Source: Zygnema circumcarinatum SAG 698-1b (Eukaryota; Plantae; Zygnematophyceae). Taken from it: a stretch of 64,000 nt of DNA. The position numbers and the translations under genes are program-made. The notes below the pieces were generated by a model, which did no database searches, was not told where the DNA came from, and was given only the letters and a program-made list of their open reading frames with translations. Location of the stretch: positions 558,001 through 622,000 of the forward strand of contig CM074807.1 of NCBI GenBank assembly GCA_037447605.1, given 5' to 3'. Positions 37,101 through 48,765 of the stretch are shown one piece after another. Numbering within the stretch: position 1 is the stretch's first letter; every line of letters starts with the position of its first letter.

Positions 37101-40034
37101 TGAACCCTGAACCTGAACCCTGAACTCCTGAACTCCTGAACCCTGAACCCTAAACCCTAAACCCTGAACCCTGAACTCTGAACCCTGAACCCTGGACTCT
37201 GAACCCTGAACCCTGAACCCTGAACCCTGAACCCTGAACCCTGAACCCTGAACCCTGGACTCTGAACCCTGAACCCTGAACCCTGAACCCTGAACCCTGA
37301 ACCCGGAACCCTGAACCCTGAACCCTGGACTCTGAACCCTGAACCCTGAACCCTGAACCCTGAACCCTGAACCCGGAACCCTGAACCCTGAACCCTGGAC
37401 TCTGAACCCTGAACCCTGAAGCCTGAACCCTGAACCCTGAACTCTGAACCCTGAACCCTGAACCCTGAACCCTGAACCCTGAACTCTGAACCCTGAACCC
37501 CGAAGCCTGAACCCTGAACTCTGAACCCTCAACCCTCAACCCTGAACCCTCAACCCTGAACCCTGGACTCTGAACCCTGAACCCTGAACCCTGAACCCTG
37601 AACCCTGAACCCTGAACCCTGAACCCCCGGAACCCTGAACCCTGAACCCTGAACCCGGAACCCTGAACCCTGAACCCTGAACCCTGAACCCTGAACCCTG
37701 AACCCTGAACCCTGAACCCCCGGAACCCTGAACCCTGAACCCTGGACCCTGAACCCTGAACCCTGAACCCTGAACCCTGAACCCTGAACCCGGAACCCTG
37801 AACCCTGAACCCTGGACTCTGAACCCTGAACCCTGAACCCTGAACCCTGAACCCTGAACCCTGAACCCTGAACCCTGGACTCTGAACCCTGAACCCTGAA
37901 CCCTGAACCCTGAACCCGGAACCCTGAACCCGGAACCCTGAACCCTGAACCCTGAACCCGGAACCCTGAACCCTGAACCCTGAACCCTGAACCCTGAACC
38001 CTGAACCCTGAACCCTGAACCCTGAACCCTGAACCCTGAACCCTGACAGACCCTGAACCTGGGCCTGAACCTGAACCCTGAACCTGGGCCTGAACCTGAA
38101 CCCACAGACCTGAACCCTGAACCTGAACCTGAACCCTGAACCACAGACCTGAACCTGAACCCGGAACCCTGAACCCTGAACCCCCTGAACCCGGAACCCT
38201 GAACCCGGAACCCTGAACCCTGAACCCTGAACCCTGAACCCTGAACCCTGAACCCTGAACCCTGAACCCTGAACCCTGAACCCTGAACCCTGAACCCTGA
38301 ACCCTGAACCCTGAACTCTGAACCCTGAACCCTGAACCCTGAACCCTGCCTGTGATTTGAAGCCTGAATCCCTGAATCCTGAAGGCTAAAGATCTGAACT
38401 CTGAACCCTGAACCCTGCCTGGGATTTGAAGACCTGAGCCCTGAACCCTGAACTTTGAAGTTGAACCCGTGACCCCTGAAGGCCAAAGGCCTATTTTGAA
38501 GCCCTGAACCCTGCCTGAGATTTGAAGCCTGAACCCGTGAATCCTGAAGGCTGAAATCCTGAAGCTTGAGCGCTGAAACCTTAGAATATTAAGCCTTGGG
38601 GTGCCTAGTATCTGAATGTATGAGCTTCAGGCACGGGAAACCATGAAATTTGAACGTAAATAGACTGCTATGTAAAAAGCTTGAGCTTTTGAGGTACCAA
38701 AACCGCAAAATAATCTGAGCTGTACAACACCTGTACCCTGAATATTTGAACTTCAGCATACTGAAACCCTAAAGCTCCGAAGCTTTGAACTTCAAAAACA
38801 CCCCAGCCTTCAAAGCTGAACTACAATAACACCTTTAGTCTTCAAGATTCAACCCTAAAAGACCAAAACCCTACAGTTCGATCCAAAAACCCGGAAGTTC
38901 GATCCAAAACCCTAAAGTCATCTTGCATCCGAAGCCCTAAACTGTGATCCAAAACCCTAATCCAAAACCCTAATCCAAAACCCTCATCCAAAACCCCTAT
39001 CCAAAACCCCAATCCAAAACTCTAATCCAAAACCCTAGTCCAAAACCCTAATCCAAAACCCTAATCCAAAACCCTAATCCAAAACCCTAATCCAAAACCC
39101 CAATCCAAAACCCCAATCCAAAACCCTAATCCAAAACCCTAATAACCGTTTGAACCCCTTCCTTTTCCTCGCAGAGGGGCTATGGCACGCGGGCGCTGCG
39201 AAGGAGGCCAATGAGCTCTTCCTCAAGGCGATGGCAACGCCCAACGGAACGCTGCGGCCCATAGATTCCCTTACGGACCTGCTCGTGAAGGGCAACTGCG
39301 AACGGAACGATCATGGAACGGCGGTGGACATTTTGGAGGCAATGGAGAAGCAGGGGAGAAGGAAGACCACCTTCCATTACAACTGCCTCCTCCGGGCGCA
39401 GGTTAAACTCTAAACCCTAAACCAACCCTAAACCCTAAACCTTAAACCCTAAACCCTAAACCCTAAAACATTCATCCATTGGAAACCCTGGAACCCTCAA
39501 AAGTGATTCATCCAATGAAACCCTAAATCCTGGAATCGTGATCGGTTCAAACTTTCAGACGTCGTTGGAGATTTAGCTTCATGAATCCTGAAACCTTGAC
39601 ACCTCCTTCAACTCTGAAATCTCTCAAAGTCTAAGGAGGAGCTCCAAAAACGAAAAAAACAAGCACAGACTGAAGTTTGGAAAGCCTAATTTTACTAACC
39701 CTAAATCGCCGGAGAGGTTTAAAAAGTCGGTAGGAAGTTTCCGCCCTCGTGAGACCTGCCAGCCCTGCATCTACTGTTGGGGAGGGCAATCACAAAGGCG
39801 GAAACCCTAAAAAAACTTAAAAAAAAAAAAACTAAAACTTATTTTGCTAAGATAACAAAAAAAACGTTGAACCCGTTTAAAAATGAGCCCTAAATGTATT
39901 AGTATTATTTTTAATAAATGTACTTCACATTTGTTAACGGACACCCGCGTTAGTTTCTAGTTTCTGCGCACTTTCACCACAAAATGGTTGAAAAATGGAA
40001 TCAATAAAATCTCTCTCTCTCTCGCTCTTGCTCG

Positions 40035-40079
<45 letters not shown>

Positions 40080-43000
40080 TGGAACTACTCTTTTTCCCTT
40101 TGTAAGTTTTTTCTCTCTCGCTGTGGAAGCTCACTTCCTCTTCCACTCTTTCTCTCTCTCTCTCTCTCCCTCTCTCCCTCCCCCCCGTTCTCTCCCCCTC
40201 TCTCTGAGTTCCTGTCTCCCTCTCTGACCTGTGTTGGCAGTGCTATTCGGGAGTTCCACCAGAGGTATTGAAAAAGACGGTGGAGGAGATGATATATACC
40301 ACAAGAGGTGGGACAGATCTGAAAAATATTTACGGACCTAAAAAACATTGGAATTCGTTCAACAGCTTTCGCCAGTTCTATGGTCTCAGTTGCAGTTTCA
40401 GTTACAGTTACAATGCATGGAACAAAAACTGCTCGTTTGGCGAAATCTCTCTCTCGTCCTCGCCCCCTTTCCTTCTACCCTTTTATTCTTTTTTTCTTTT
40501 TGGGTACTGCTGATTGAAGTTATTTTTTTTTATTTCTGCTGCCCGGTGGGGCGGGCAGAGGAACTGTGGCCAATGAGAGACGCCGGTAAGCCTGACGTGG
40601 AGTCCTACAATTGGGTCCTTCAGTGCTACGCTCGCCAGACTACGAGCTCGTAAGCGAACCTTTCAAAAAAAAAAAAAGAAAAAAGGGAGAGACAAAAAAA
40701 CAAGAAATTTCTCTGTTCACTTTTTGATTTTTTACATTGTGGAGGCTTTGTGCTGTTTCTGCTTCAGTTTCATTTTCGGTTTCAGTTTCAGTTTCAGTTT
40801 CAGTTCCTGTTGCGTCTGTTGGGCCTCATAACACGCTCTTGTTCCTTTCCATGCTGCCTCATTCAGTTCCGTTTCAGTTATGTTGCTTAACGGAAAGTGT
40901 GTCGCATAGAAGCTGACTGCGCAACGGAACGGAATGCGGAGCAGGGAAACGGACGCGGCAGAGTTCTTGGGGATGATGGTGGAAGACTACAAACGGGTGC
41001 AGCCGAATGCGAGGACTTATGCGTAAGCCCTAAACCCTAAACCCTGAAACCGCCCTGAAACCCTAAAATCCTGTCCCTTAAAACCTTGCACTCACATCCT
41101 TAAACCCTAACCCTAAAAACCTGCGCCTTAAACCCTACATCCTGCCCCTTAACCCTAAACCCTACACCCTGCGCCTGATACCCTAAACCCTACCCTAAAC
41201 CCTACGCCCTGCGCCTTAAACCCTAAACCCTAAGCCCTTATCCCTTTCCAGGCTGCTGGTGGAGATCTTTTGCCGGTCGGGCGACCTCCACCGCGAGGCG
41301 GTCCGCCATCTGCGGGCGCTGCTGCAGCGGCCCAACGGACTGCGCCTGCTCAGCGGAGGGAGGGGGAGGGAGGGAGAGGGAGAGGGAGAGGGAGGGGAGG
41401 GAGAGGTGGGAGAGGAGGGAGAGGAGGGAGGGGAGAGAGAGGAGGGAGAGGAGGGGGCCCAGCCACTCACGCTGCTGCTGCGGACCCTTTCCAGGACAGG
41501 TGGGAGCGAGGGGGGGAGGGACGGGTTCAGAGTTTAGGGTGTAGGGAGTTTAGGGTTGAAGGGTTGAATGGGGGTGGGTTAGGGTTTAAGGGTTGAAGGG
41601 TTGAATGGGGGTGGGTTAGGGTTTAAGGGTTGAAGGGTTGAATGGGGGTGGGTTAGGGTTTAAGGGTTGAAGGGTTGAATGGGGGTGGGTTAGGGTTTAA
41701 GGGTTGAAGGGTTGAAGGGTTGAAGGGCTTTGGGGGGGGGGTAGGCTTGGCCTTTCAAGTTTTCAGGGTTTTAGGATTTAGGGTTTTGAGGTTTCAGGGG
41801 GTTTAGGGTTTTTGGATTTTAGGGTTGTAGGGCATTAGAGTCTAGGGTTTGGACGTTTTGGGGTTTTAGGAAATTAGTGCCCCAGAAGTTTTTCGATATT
41901 AGGTCTAGGATTTCAATGCTTAAAGATATAGGACTTTATGGTTTTGAGATTTTGCTTTTTGGTTTTGAAAAATCCGTCTTTTTGGGTTCGTTTTGGGGCG
42001 CAGCCGACATTGCGATGTTGGCCACAACCCTAGAAACGATGGTACGTGACAATGTCACGCTGCCACGTGGCGCGATGTGGTTGGAGCCGAGGGGGAGGAG
42101 GACACTTGTCTCGTCCTGGATGGCCCCCATGAACGAAGAGCCTGACTATGGAGCGGAGATCGATTTTGTTGCCAGGTATGCATGCAGGAGGGAACAGAAA
42201 TGTAAAAAAAAAAAAAAAAGAAAAAAAACATTAAACATTGAGCACATTTAAGAACCATAACCTTTCTCTCTCTCTCTCTCTCTCTCATTGTTTCTTTATT
42301 TGTTTCTAATTTTTTTAGTTGCTAAAGCCCTGAACCCTAGTTGCGTGGGTTTTCCAGATTCGTGGAAGATGGAGGGGTGGAGGGGACCCGGAGAGGGTGG
42401 CGAACTCACAGAGGGAATTGGAGGCTAAAGGAGGAGGAAGTGAAAGGGTTTTGGCTTCTCCCTCCTCTCATTTCCTTCCAAGGGAGGGCGGAGGCAGAGG
42501 ACCTCCGTTACAAGCAGCTTCTAATCAAGAGGCTCCATGTGGAGGTCTGTCCGTTAAAACACTACGCTATTCGGTAGGAGTTCAGTTTGAACAGTTAGAT
42601 GGATTCAGTTTTCAGTTTTTTGTTTCCTTCAAATAGGAGAAGGGGAAGGAGGCATTGAAGGAGACTCGAAACCCTCAAGAATTCTCCTATACTCCAAAAT
42701 ATCCTGAATATTAAAAAGGATACGATACCCTGACCCCTTGAAAGCCTCTTGATTTTCGAAAAATTTAGCCACCCTACCCCCTCCAGCCTTTCTACCCCCC
42801 TTTCCCTCTCTCCCCCCTTCCTCCCCCCCCCGCCTTTACCCAACTTATCCCCTTCCCCCCTCCCCCCTCCCCCACCCCCCCCAACCCCCTGCCCTCCTCC
42901 CCCAACCCCTAACCCCCTACCCCTAGCCCCCTAACAGCCCTCAACGCCCTAACTTCTTTAAACCCTCACTACCCTCCCCTCCCCCCGAAGTCCACTCTCC

Positions 43001-45793
43001 CTCCCCTGAACCCTCCCTCCCTGAACCCTCTCTCCCTCCCTCCCTCCCTCCCTNNNNNNNNNNGGGGGAGGGAGATGGAAGACGAAGAGACAGAGCGGGA
43101 GTGAGCGAAAAATAACGGGAAAGTGGGGAAGGGTGGGAGGAGATTGGATTTTGGGCTGGTTGAACTATGGGCTTGCGCTTTGGCTGTCCTGGAAGCTTTT
43201 TGTTGTGAATGAGTACCAAATTAGGGCTTTACAGTTTTCAGAACTTCAGAGAACGGCATACTTTAGAGGCCTCATATTGACGAGTTTCTGTTTCCCCTCT
43301 CGCATCTCCCCCTCCCTCCACTCCCCTCTCCCACTCCCTCTCCCTCTCCCTCTCTGTCTCCCTCACCCGCTTCCTCTCTCTCTCCCTCTCCTTTCGCCTC
43401 TCCCGATCCCACTCTCTCTCTCCCTCTCCCTCTCCCTCTCCCTCTCCNNNNNNNNNNCCCTCTCCCTCTCCCTCTCCCTCTCCCTCTCCCTCTCCCTCTC
43501 CCCCCTCTCCCTCTCCCTCTCCTCCCTCTCCCTCTCCCTCAGGTGGACGAGCGTGTGGAGGAGCTCCTCCCTCGCCTCACCCTCGAGGGTTTTGAGATGA
43601 GCTATGAGGAGGTTTTGGCGGCTGCGCAAGCCCCTGGTCAGCCCACAGTGGCGGAGTTGAGGGCGAGGGAGGAGGAGGAGAAGGAGGCTTTGAAGAGGAG
43701 GTTAAGGCAGGAAGCGGGAGAGGCGGGAGAGGGGAGGGAGGAGGAGGAGGAGGAGGAGGAGGAGGAGGAGATGATGGATGATGAGGAGGAGGGAGACTCC
43801 TCCATGTTGGCGAGGTTCATGCAGGAGACGGCGCAGCAGAAGAAGTTGCGGCAGTTCATGGTATTGTGAATGAAAAACCCTAAAATGGGAAGGTTGCAAA
43901 AGGGTTTCTGAACCCTACAAAGGGGAAGCCCTGAAGGTCACTATTGAAGTCATCGAATTGTCAGAGGAGAGCCCTAATCCATCTAAGCCCTAATGTTGAG
44001 TTCATTTCGCTTCCAAAGCCTCTCACTCTTTCGCTCTCATTTTTGCGGCACCCCTCTCCCCGCTCCCTCCCCTCCCTCTCCCTCCTTCCCCCTTCTTTCC
44101 CTTCCTTTCCCACTCTCCCTCCCTTCCCCCCCACTTCCCCTCTCCCTCTTCCTCTCCTCTCTCTTTCCCCCGTCTTCCCCTTCCCCTCCCTCCCCCCCCT
44201 CTTCCCCTCCCTCCCACTCCCTCTCTCCCTCCCCCCCCTCTTCCCCTCCCTCTCCCTCTCTCTCCCCCCTCTTCCCCTCCTCTCCCTCACCCTCCCGCCT
44301 CTTCCCCTCCTCTACCTCGTCCTCCCCCCCGTCTTCCCNNNNNNNNNNTCCCTCCCTCCCCCCCAGGAGCGCGAGGAGGAGAAGCTTGCCGCCGCCCGGC
44401 GCGTGGAGGACGACCCCCTCGCCTTCCCCATAGTGGACGATTCGCAGCCGCTCCTCCCGCAGCTCGCGCTCGAGGCGCTGCTCGACCTGCGCCACGCGTG
44501 GGCTCACACGTGGGAGCGCGCGCTCTCAGAGGCCGCGCCGGATCCGTACACGCCCGAGGCCGAACTCGACCTCGGGCTGCGAGTGCTGCGGGCGGTGGGC
44601 GCACAACCCTGAACCCTAATTGCTGAACTTGGAACTGCTCAACCCTGAACCCTGAAACCTAAACTTGAAGTCCTCAACCCTGAAGCCTAATTGCGAAACG
44701 TGAACTCCTCAACCCTGAAGCCTAATTGCTAAACTTGAACTGCGCGACCCTGAACCCTAATTGCTAAACTTGAACTGCTTAACCCTGAACCCTGATTGCT
44801 ACACTTGAAGTCCTCAACCCTGAACCCTAAGTCCTAAACTTGAACTCCTCAACCCTGAACCCTAATTCCTAAACTTGACGTCTGCAACCCTTAACCCTGA
44901 TTAACCAACTACGAACCCTAGACCCCAGACCGCAACCCGAAATCCTGGGCCCTATTTCGTCTTGGACCCTACGTTTTGAACTGCAAATGCGAAAGCCTGA
45001 ACCCTAAACCTCAAACTCGAAACCCTCAAAACTTACATCCGGACGCCGTAATCCTGAACCCTAAATCTTGAATGTTAAACCCTAAAAGTCTCGATTCCGA
45101 TACTGAACATGAACCCTCAAAGTCTTATACCCTGCAACCCTTTAAACCCCAAACCCTGAACCCTAATTCCTAAATCCTCAAACTTAATCCCTATACGCTC
45201 AATGCCTTGAAGGCCCCAAAGACAGAATCATTAGGGTTGTGGGAGGCACTTCTTTCCCCTCCCCCCCCTTTTTTTTTTTAACTTTTTTTCCCTTTTTGAG
45301 CAGGTGGTGAAGCTGGGCGGGAGGCCGAGTTTGGCGGACTGCGTGATGCTGATCCGGCGCGCCATGGAGGTGCAGCGGCCGGCAGCCATGGCCGAGCTGG
45401 TGGACATGTGTCACCTCCTCAAGCATCGCCTGCACATGTGAGTGGGGGAGGGAGGGAGGGAGGGAGGGAGTAGCGGGAGAGGGAGAAGCGGGAGAGGGAG
45501 AGGGATTGGAAGAAGGCGTTCGTCTCCTTTGCCCTTTCATTTTCCTTTCCTTTTCCTTATTTCATTTCGCTCTCTGTGTGTTCTTTCCTTGCAGAAATTT
45601 GTATGCCGATGTGGTCCGCGCGTGCATAGGGCTCGGCGCGGAGGAGGAGGCGGAGGCGGTGGTGGCGGCCATGGCGGGCGCGGGCGTGAAGGCGCCGGAG
45701 CCGCTCTTGCGGGCGCTGCAGACGCGCTCCCTCGACCCGGACATGGTGTGGGGGGAGGGGGAGGGAGAGGGAGAGGGAGGCGAGTCGGAGTGA
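34119..45793 (+). CDS. PTAC3: Plastid transcriptionally active chromosome protein 3 (PAP1) homolog; incomplete in this assembly
   Basis: Exons encode FTERLMERSRAKD...GLSAGPRLHHGVVVGHA, TTFHYNCLLRAQ, KPDVESYNWVLQ, FLGMMVEDYKRVQPNARTYALLVE, RTLVSSWMAP...IDFVARFVEDGG, TWERAL...ELDLGLRVL and VVKLGGRPSLADC, colinear with land-plant pTAC3. The transit peptide, one early exon and the SAP exon were not found; there are N gaps at 34109, 43034, 43448 and 44339. Confidence 0.85.
35213..35796. other. Duplicate of ~33525-34108 (offset 1688); probable misassembly
   Basis: Identical ORFs at 33818 and 35506. The first copy ends at an N gap and the second starts in a CT microsatellite. Confidence 0.65.
36470..38350. 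repeat. ~1.9-kb (CCCTGAA)n = (TTCAGGG)n telomere-variant satellite
   Basis: Long heptamer array with CTCCTGAA, CCCGGAA and CCCTGGACTCTGAA variants. It produces the spurious GFRVQGS ORFs. Confidence 0.92.
44610..44880. repeat. ~35-bp AACCCT-core minisatellite in a pTAC3 intron
   Basis: About 7-8 units like CTCAACCCTGAACCCTAATTGCTAAACTTGAACTC. Confidence 0.75.
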
Positions 45794-46658
45794 GAGAGGG
45801 GGAGAGGGGGAGAGAGAGAGAGAGCTAGAGAGAGTATCGCGGTTTAGGGTTGTAGCGGCTGCGAGGAAAAGGGCGGGAGAAGACCCGTTACGCGGATGGG
45901 AGAGACTTTTTGTTGGCAGAAAGGATTGGCGGTGGTTACCGAATCAAGTTTCTTTCTCTTTCATAGAATCCCTCTGTCATAGAAAACCTCAATCGTCCCT
46001 CAGAAAATCGAACAGGAGAGCCATGCTTGTGATTTGTAAGAGCGTTTGCGATTGGTTGAATATTCGTTACTTAAAATGCATGCAGTCCTCTTGGTGCTTC
46101 GTGCTTCATGTTTAATAATCTAACAGTCCAGCAGATTTACGAAAGACCGTAAAAAATCGAAGTTCTACCATGAATAGCGCATTGCATGAATTCTCACCAG
46201 TCCCACCATGAATAGTGCCTGTTCAATGGATACAACGTGAACCGATTTTCATAACATAAGCTACATTTTTTTTCTTTTTCTCAACGGACTTTCTGCATGC
46301 AAACAAAAAACTGCAGTTATTTCAGGGGAAAATATTTTTTCATTGCCGCCAGTGGTTTTTTAGTGACCGAGCATATCAGAGGTAATAACGAATCAAAGCA
46401 CCACAAGAAAAAAAAGACATGAATCACATGTGAAGGAAATGAGAAGGAAATTTTTGTTATTTCCCGAAAGATAACATGAATGCGTCATCACACAACTCTC
46501 AGTTTGGAGTGTATTCTGAAATTTCTACCAAAATTAGATCAATGTACATAAATTAACTGCAGGAGCTTGGGGCAGCCCTCCCTGCAGCAACCCTATCTTT
46601 CACTATCCCAACCAGCCTACTTCTACCTCCGCTCCTGGCAGATTTACAGACGACAAGC

Positions 46659-47396
46659 TTAACGGGGGGAGACGGTGATGTTAGCATCGGACTCCACCAA
46701 CTTGCCGTTCCTGAACTCGCTGACTGCAGCCAGGGGCCATGTGAAGCCCTTGGACATAATCTTCAAGGCGCGGGGAACGTCAATGATGATCTCCTTCTCA
46801 GTCGGCTTCTTCTCAGATCGCACGCTGATCAAGTACTCCCGGCCGACCCATCCAATCCAGCCGCTGATGTAGAGGAAGACGATGCCAGGGTACACGAACT
46901 CTCCAAGGTGAGCCTGGTCTCCGTCAACGATAAGGTGAGGGAGGCCGTCTGTGCCGCACAGAAGTCCCTGCTTGCCATAGTAAGCAAATCTCTTCTCGGT
47001 CTTCTCAATGGTCGCCTTCAAGGCGAGGGCGGGGGCACTGTCAGGCGCATACTGCTTCAGCCTGCTGTTAAGCTTCTTCACGGCCTGCTTCTCGCGCTTG
47101 GCGAACGCCTTGGAGTCCTTGCAGGGAGTCAGGCCGGCAACGTCGGCAAAGGCAGCCTCAGGAATGGAGGTGCTGACAATGGCTGCCAGAGCAAGAGCAG
47201 TGGCAACCTTGCCGGCCTTCATGGCAACATTCTCCTCCTTGTCAGCGGAGGCAGAGCACACAGTCCTGGCAGACACCTGCTTCACGAAGGCGGAAGCCTT
47301 GGTGGTGGAGAAGGACTGGCGAGACGAAACATCCTTGACTCCCACCACTGTGAGAGGGGAAGCGATCCCGGCCGCCATGGACACTGAAGCCGCCAT
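46659..47396 (-). CDS. psaF: Photosystem I subunit F precursor, intronless
   Basis: Bipartite transit peptide, then [19 protein letters not shown]...[16 protein letters not shown]...[16 protein letters not shown]...EIIIDVP...GFTWPLAA...ITVSPR. Confidence 0.98.
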   Translation of the reverse strand: MAASVSMAAGIASPLTVVGVKDVSSRQSFSTTKASAFVKQVSARTVCSASADKEENVAMKAGKVATALALAAIVSTSIPEAAFADVAGLTPCKDSKAFAKREKQAVKKLNSRLKQYAPDSAPALALKATIEKTEKRFAYYGKQGLLCGTDGLPHLIVDGDQAHLGEFVYPGIVFLYISGWIGWVGREYLISVRSEKKPTEKEIIIDVPRALKIMSKGFTWPLAAVSEFRNGKLVESDANITVSPR

Positions 47397-48107
47397 TGCT
47401 CTGCTGCTTAGTCTCCTTAGATTCCTGCTTCTTCTTCTCCTTCAATTCCTGCTCTGAACTTTTCTGCAGACACTGCACGAAGACTGCTGGGGAGCCTTTC
47501 TCCTTTGTCTCCAAAAAATTTGGGGCTGCGAAGGGCTGCCGCCAACCGCAAAATTTGGAGCCGCGAAAATCCAGCCGATCACTCAGGCCAATCAGAGCGC
47601 AGAGCGAGAAATGCGGAGCCACTCGTGTGCGTCTGGATCGATAAGGTGCGGATCGGACGGTCCAGATTCGCCTGAATCGGAACTTTATCACTTTTTGCAC
47701 TTTCCGGATGCCCGCCACATCCGCCGCTTTAGCCGGCCGACAGGATTCGCCGGCGACTTTTCGACCGGCCGGGCGGCTCGCTCCCGACCGTCGATCGTGG
47801 GTGCGACAGATCGGATGGTTTACAATCTTCTGAATCTGGACGGCTGCCACGTGACACCAGTCGGAGGCCGCCAAGTAGTGCAAAGATAGATTGGACGCGC
47901 TCTGATTGGCCGACCAGGGATCGCCCGCCGCCCGTTGCCAAATCCTGCCGGCCGGCGGGGGGCCGGCCGGCCGGCTAAATCCTGAAGGGCCTTATCGGAG
48001 GGAGGTGGCCACCCCTAAGAGACGCTCCGCACCTCCTTGAAAGCCATCCCCTTTGAATCTTTCTTGCAAGAGCCTGAGCTTGAACCTGCAGCAGAATCAC
48101 AAGCCGT

Positions 48108-48138
<31 letters not shown>
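47397..48138. promoter_or_regulatory. Bidirectional psaF/psaD promoter
   Basis: 742 bp between the two ATGs. Perfect 15-bp inverted pair GGCCAATCAGAGCGC (47586-47600, 47897-47911), GATAAGG (47640) with its reverse complement CCTTATC (47990), and a central CACGTG (47848). Confidence 0.75.
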
Positions 48139-48738
48139 ATGGCCGCCATTGCCTCCACCGCAGCAGCTTGCGTCGCCGCCGCGGCGCCATCTTCTTCCCT
48201 CTCTCACAAGATCAGTGTGAGGAAGTTCGTGGCGGCGACTCCTCTGCGGCTGCAGGGAGTTGCCTCCACCTCCAGGGTGAGAATGGCGGCCGATGCTGCT
48301 GCCCCTGCAGGCTTCACCGCGCCGGAGCTGAAGGCCGACACTCCCTCCCCCATCTTCGGAGGCTCCACCGGAGGCCTGCTCCGCAAGGCTCAGGTCGAGG
48401 AGTTCTATGTCATCACATGGGAGGCCCCTAAGGAGCAGATCTTTGAGCTCCCTACCGGAGGAGCCGCCATCATGCGTGCAGGCCCTAACCTCTTGAAGCT
48501 CGCCAGGAAGGAGCAGTGCTTGGCTCTTGGAACGCAGTTGAGGAGCAAGTTCAAGATCAACTACCAGTTCTACCGCGTCTTCCCAAGCGGAGAGGTCCAG
48601 TACCTCCATCCCAAGGATGGTGTGTACCCCGAGAAGGTGAACGCTGGACGCACAGGTGTCAACCAAAACTTCAGATCTATTGGAAAGAACCTGAACCCCG
48701 TTGAGGTCAAGTTCACCGGAAAGTTGACCATCCAGTAA
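48139..48738 (+). CDS. psaD: Photosystem I subunit D precursor, intronless
   Basis: Transit peptide, then [26 protein letters not shown]...[31 protein letters not shown]...[17 protein letters not shown]. Confidence 0.98.
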   Translation: MAAIASTAAACVAAAAPSSSLSHKISVRKFVAATPLRLQGVASTSRVRMAADAAAPAGFTAPELKADTPSPIFGGSTGGLLRKAQVEEFYVITWEAPKEQIFELPTGGAAIMRAGPNLLKLARKEQCLALGTQLRSKFKINYQFYRVFPSGEVQYLHPKDGVYPEKVNAGRTGVNQNFRSIGKNLNPVEVKFTGKLTIQ

Positions 48739-48765
48739 GCAGAGAGCAGGCTTAACTTGTTCAAA

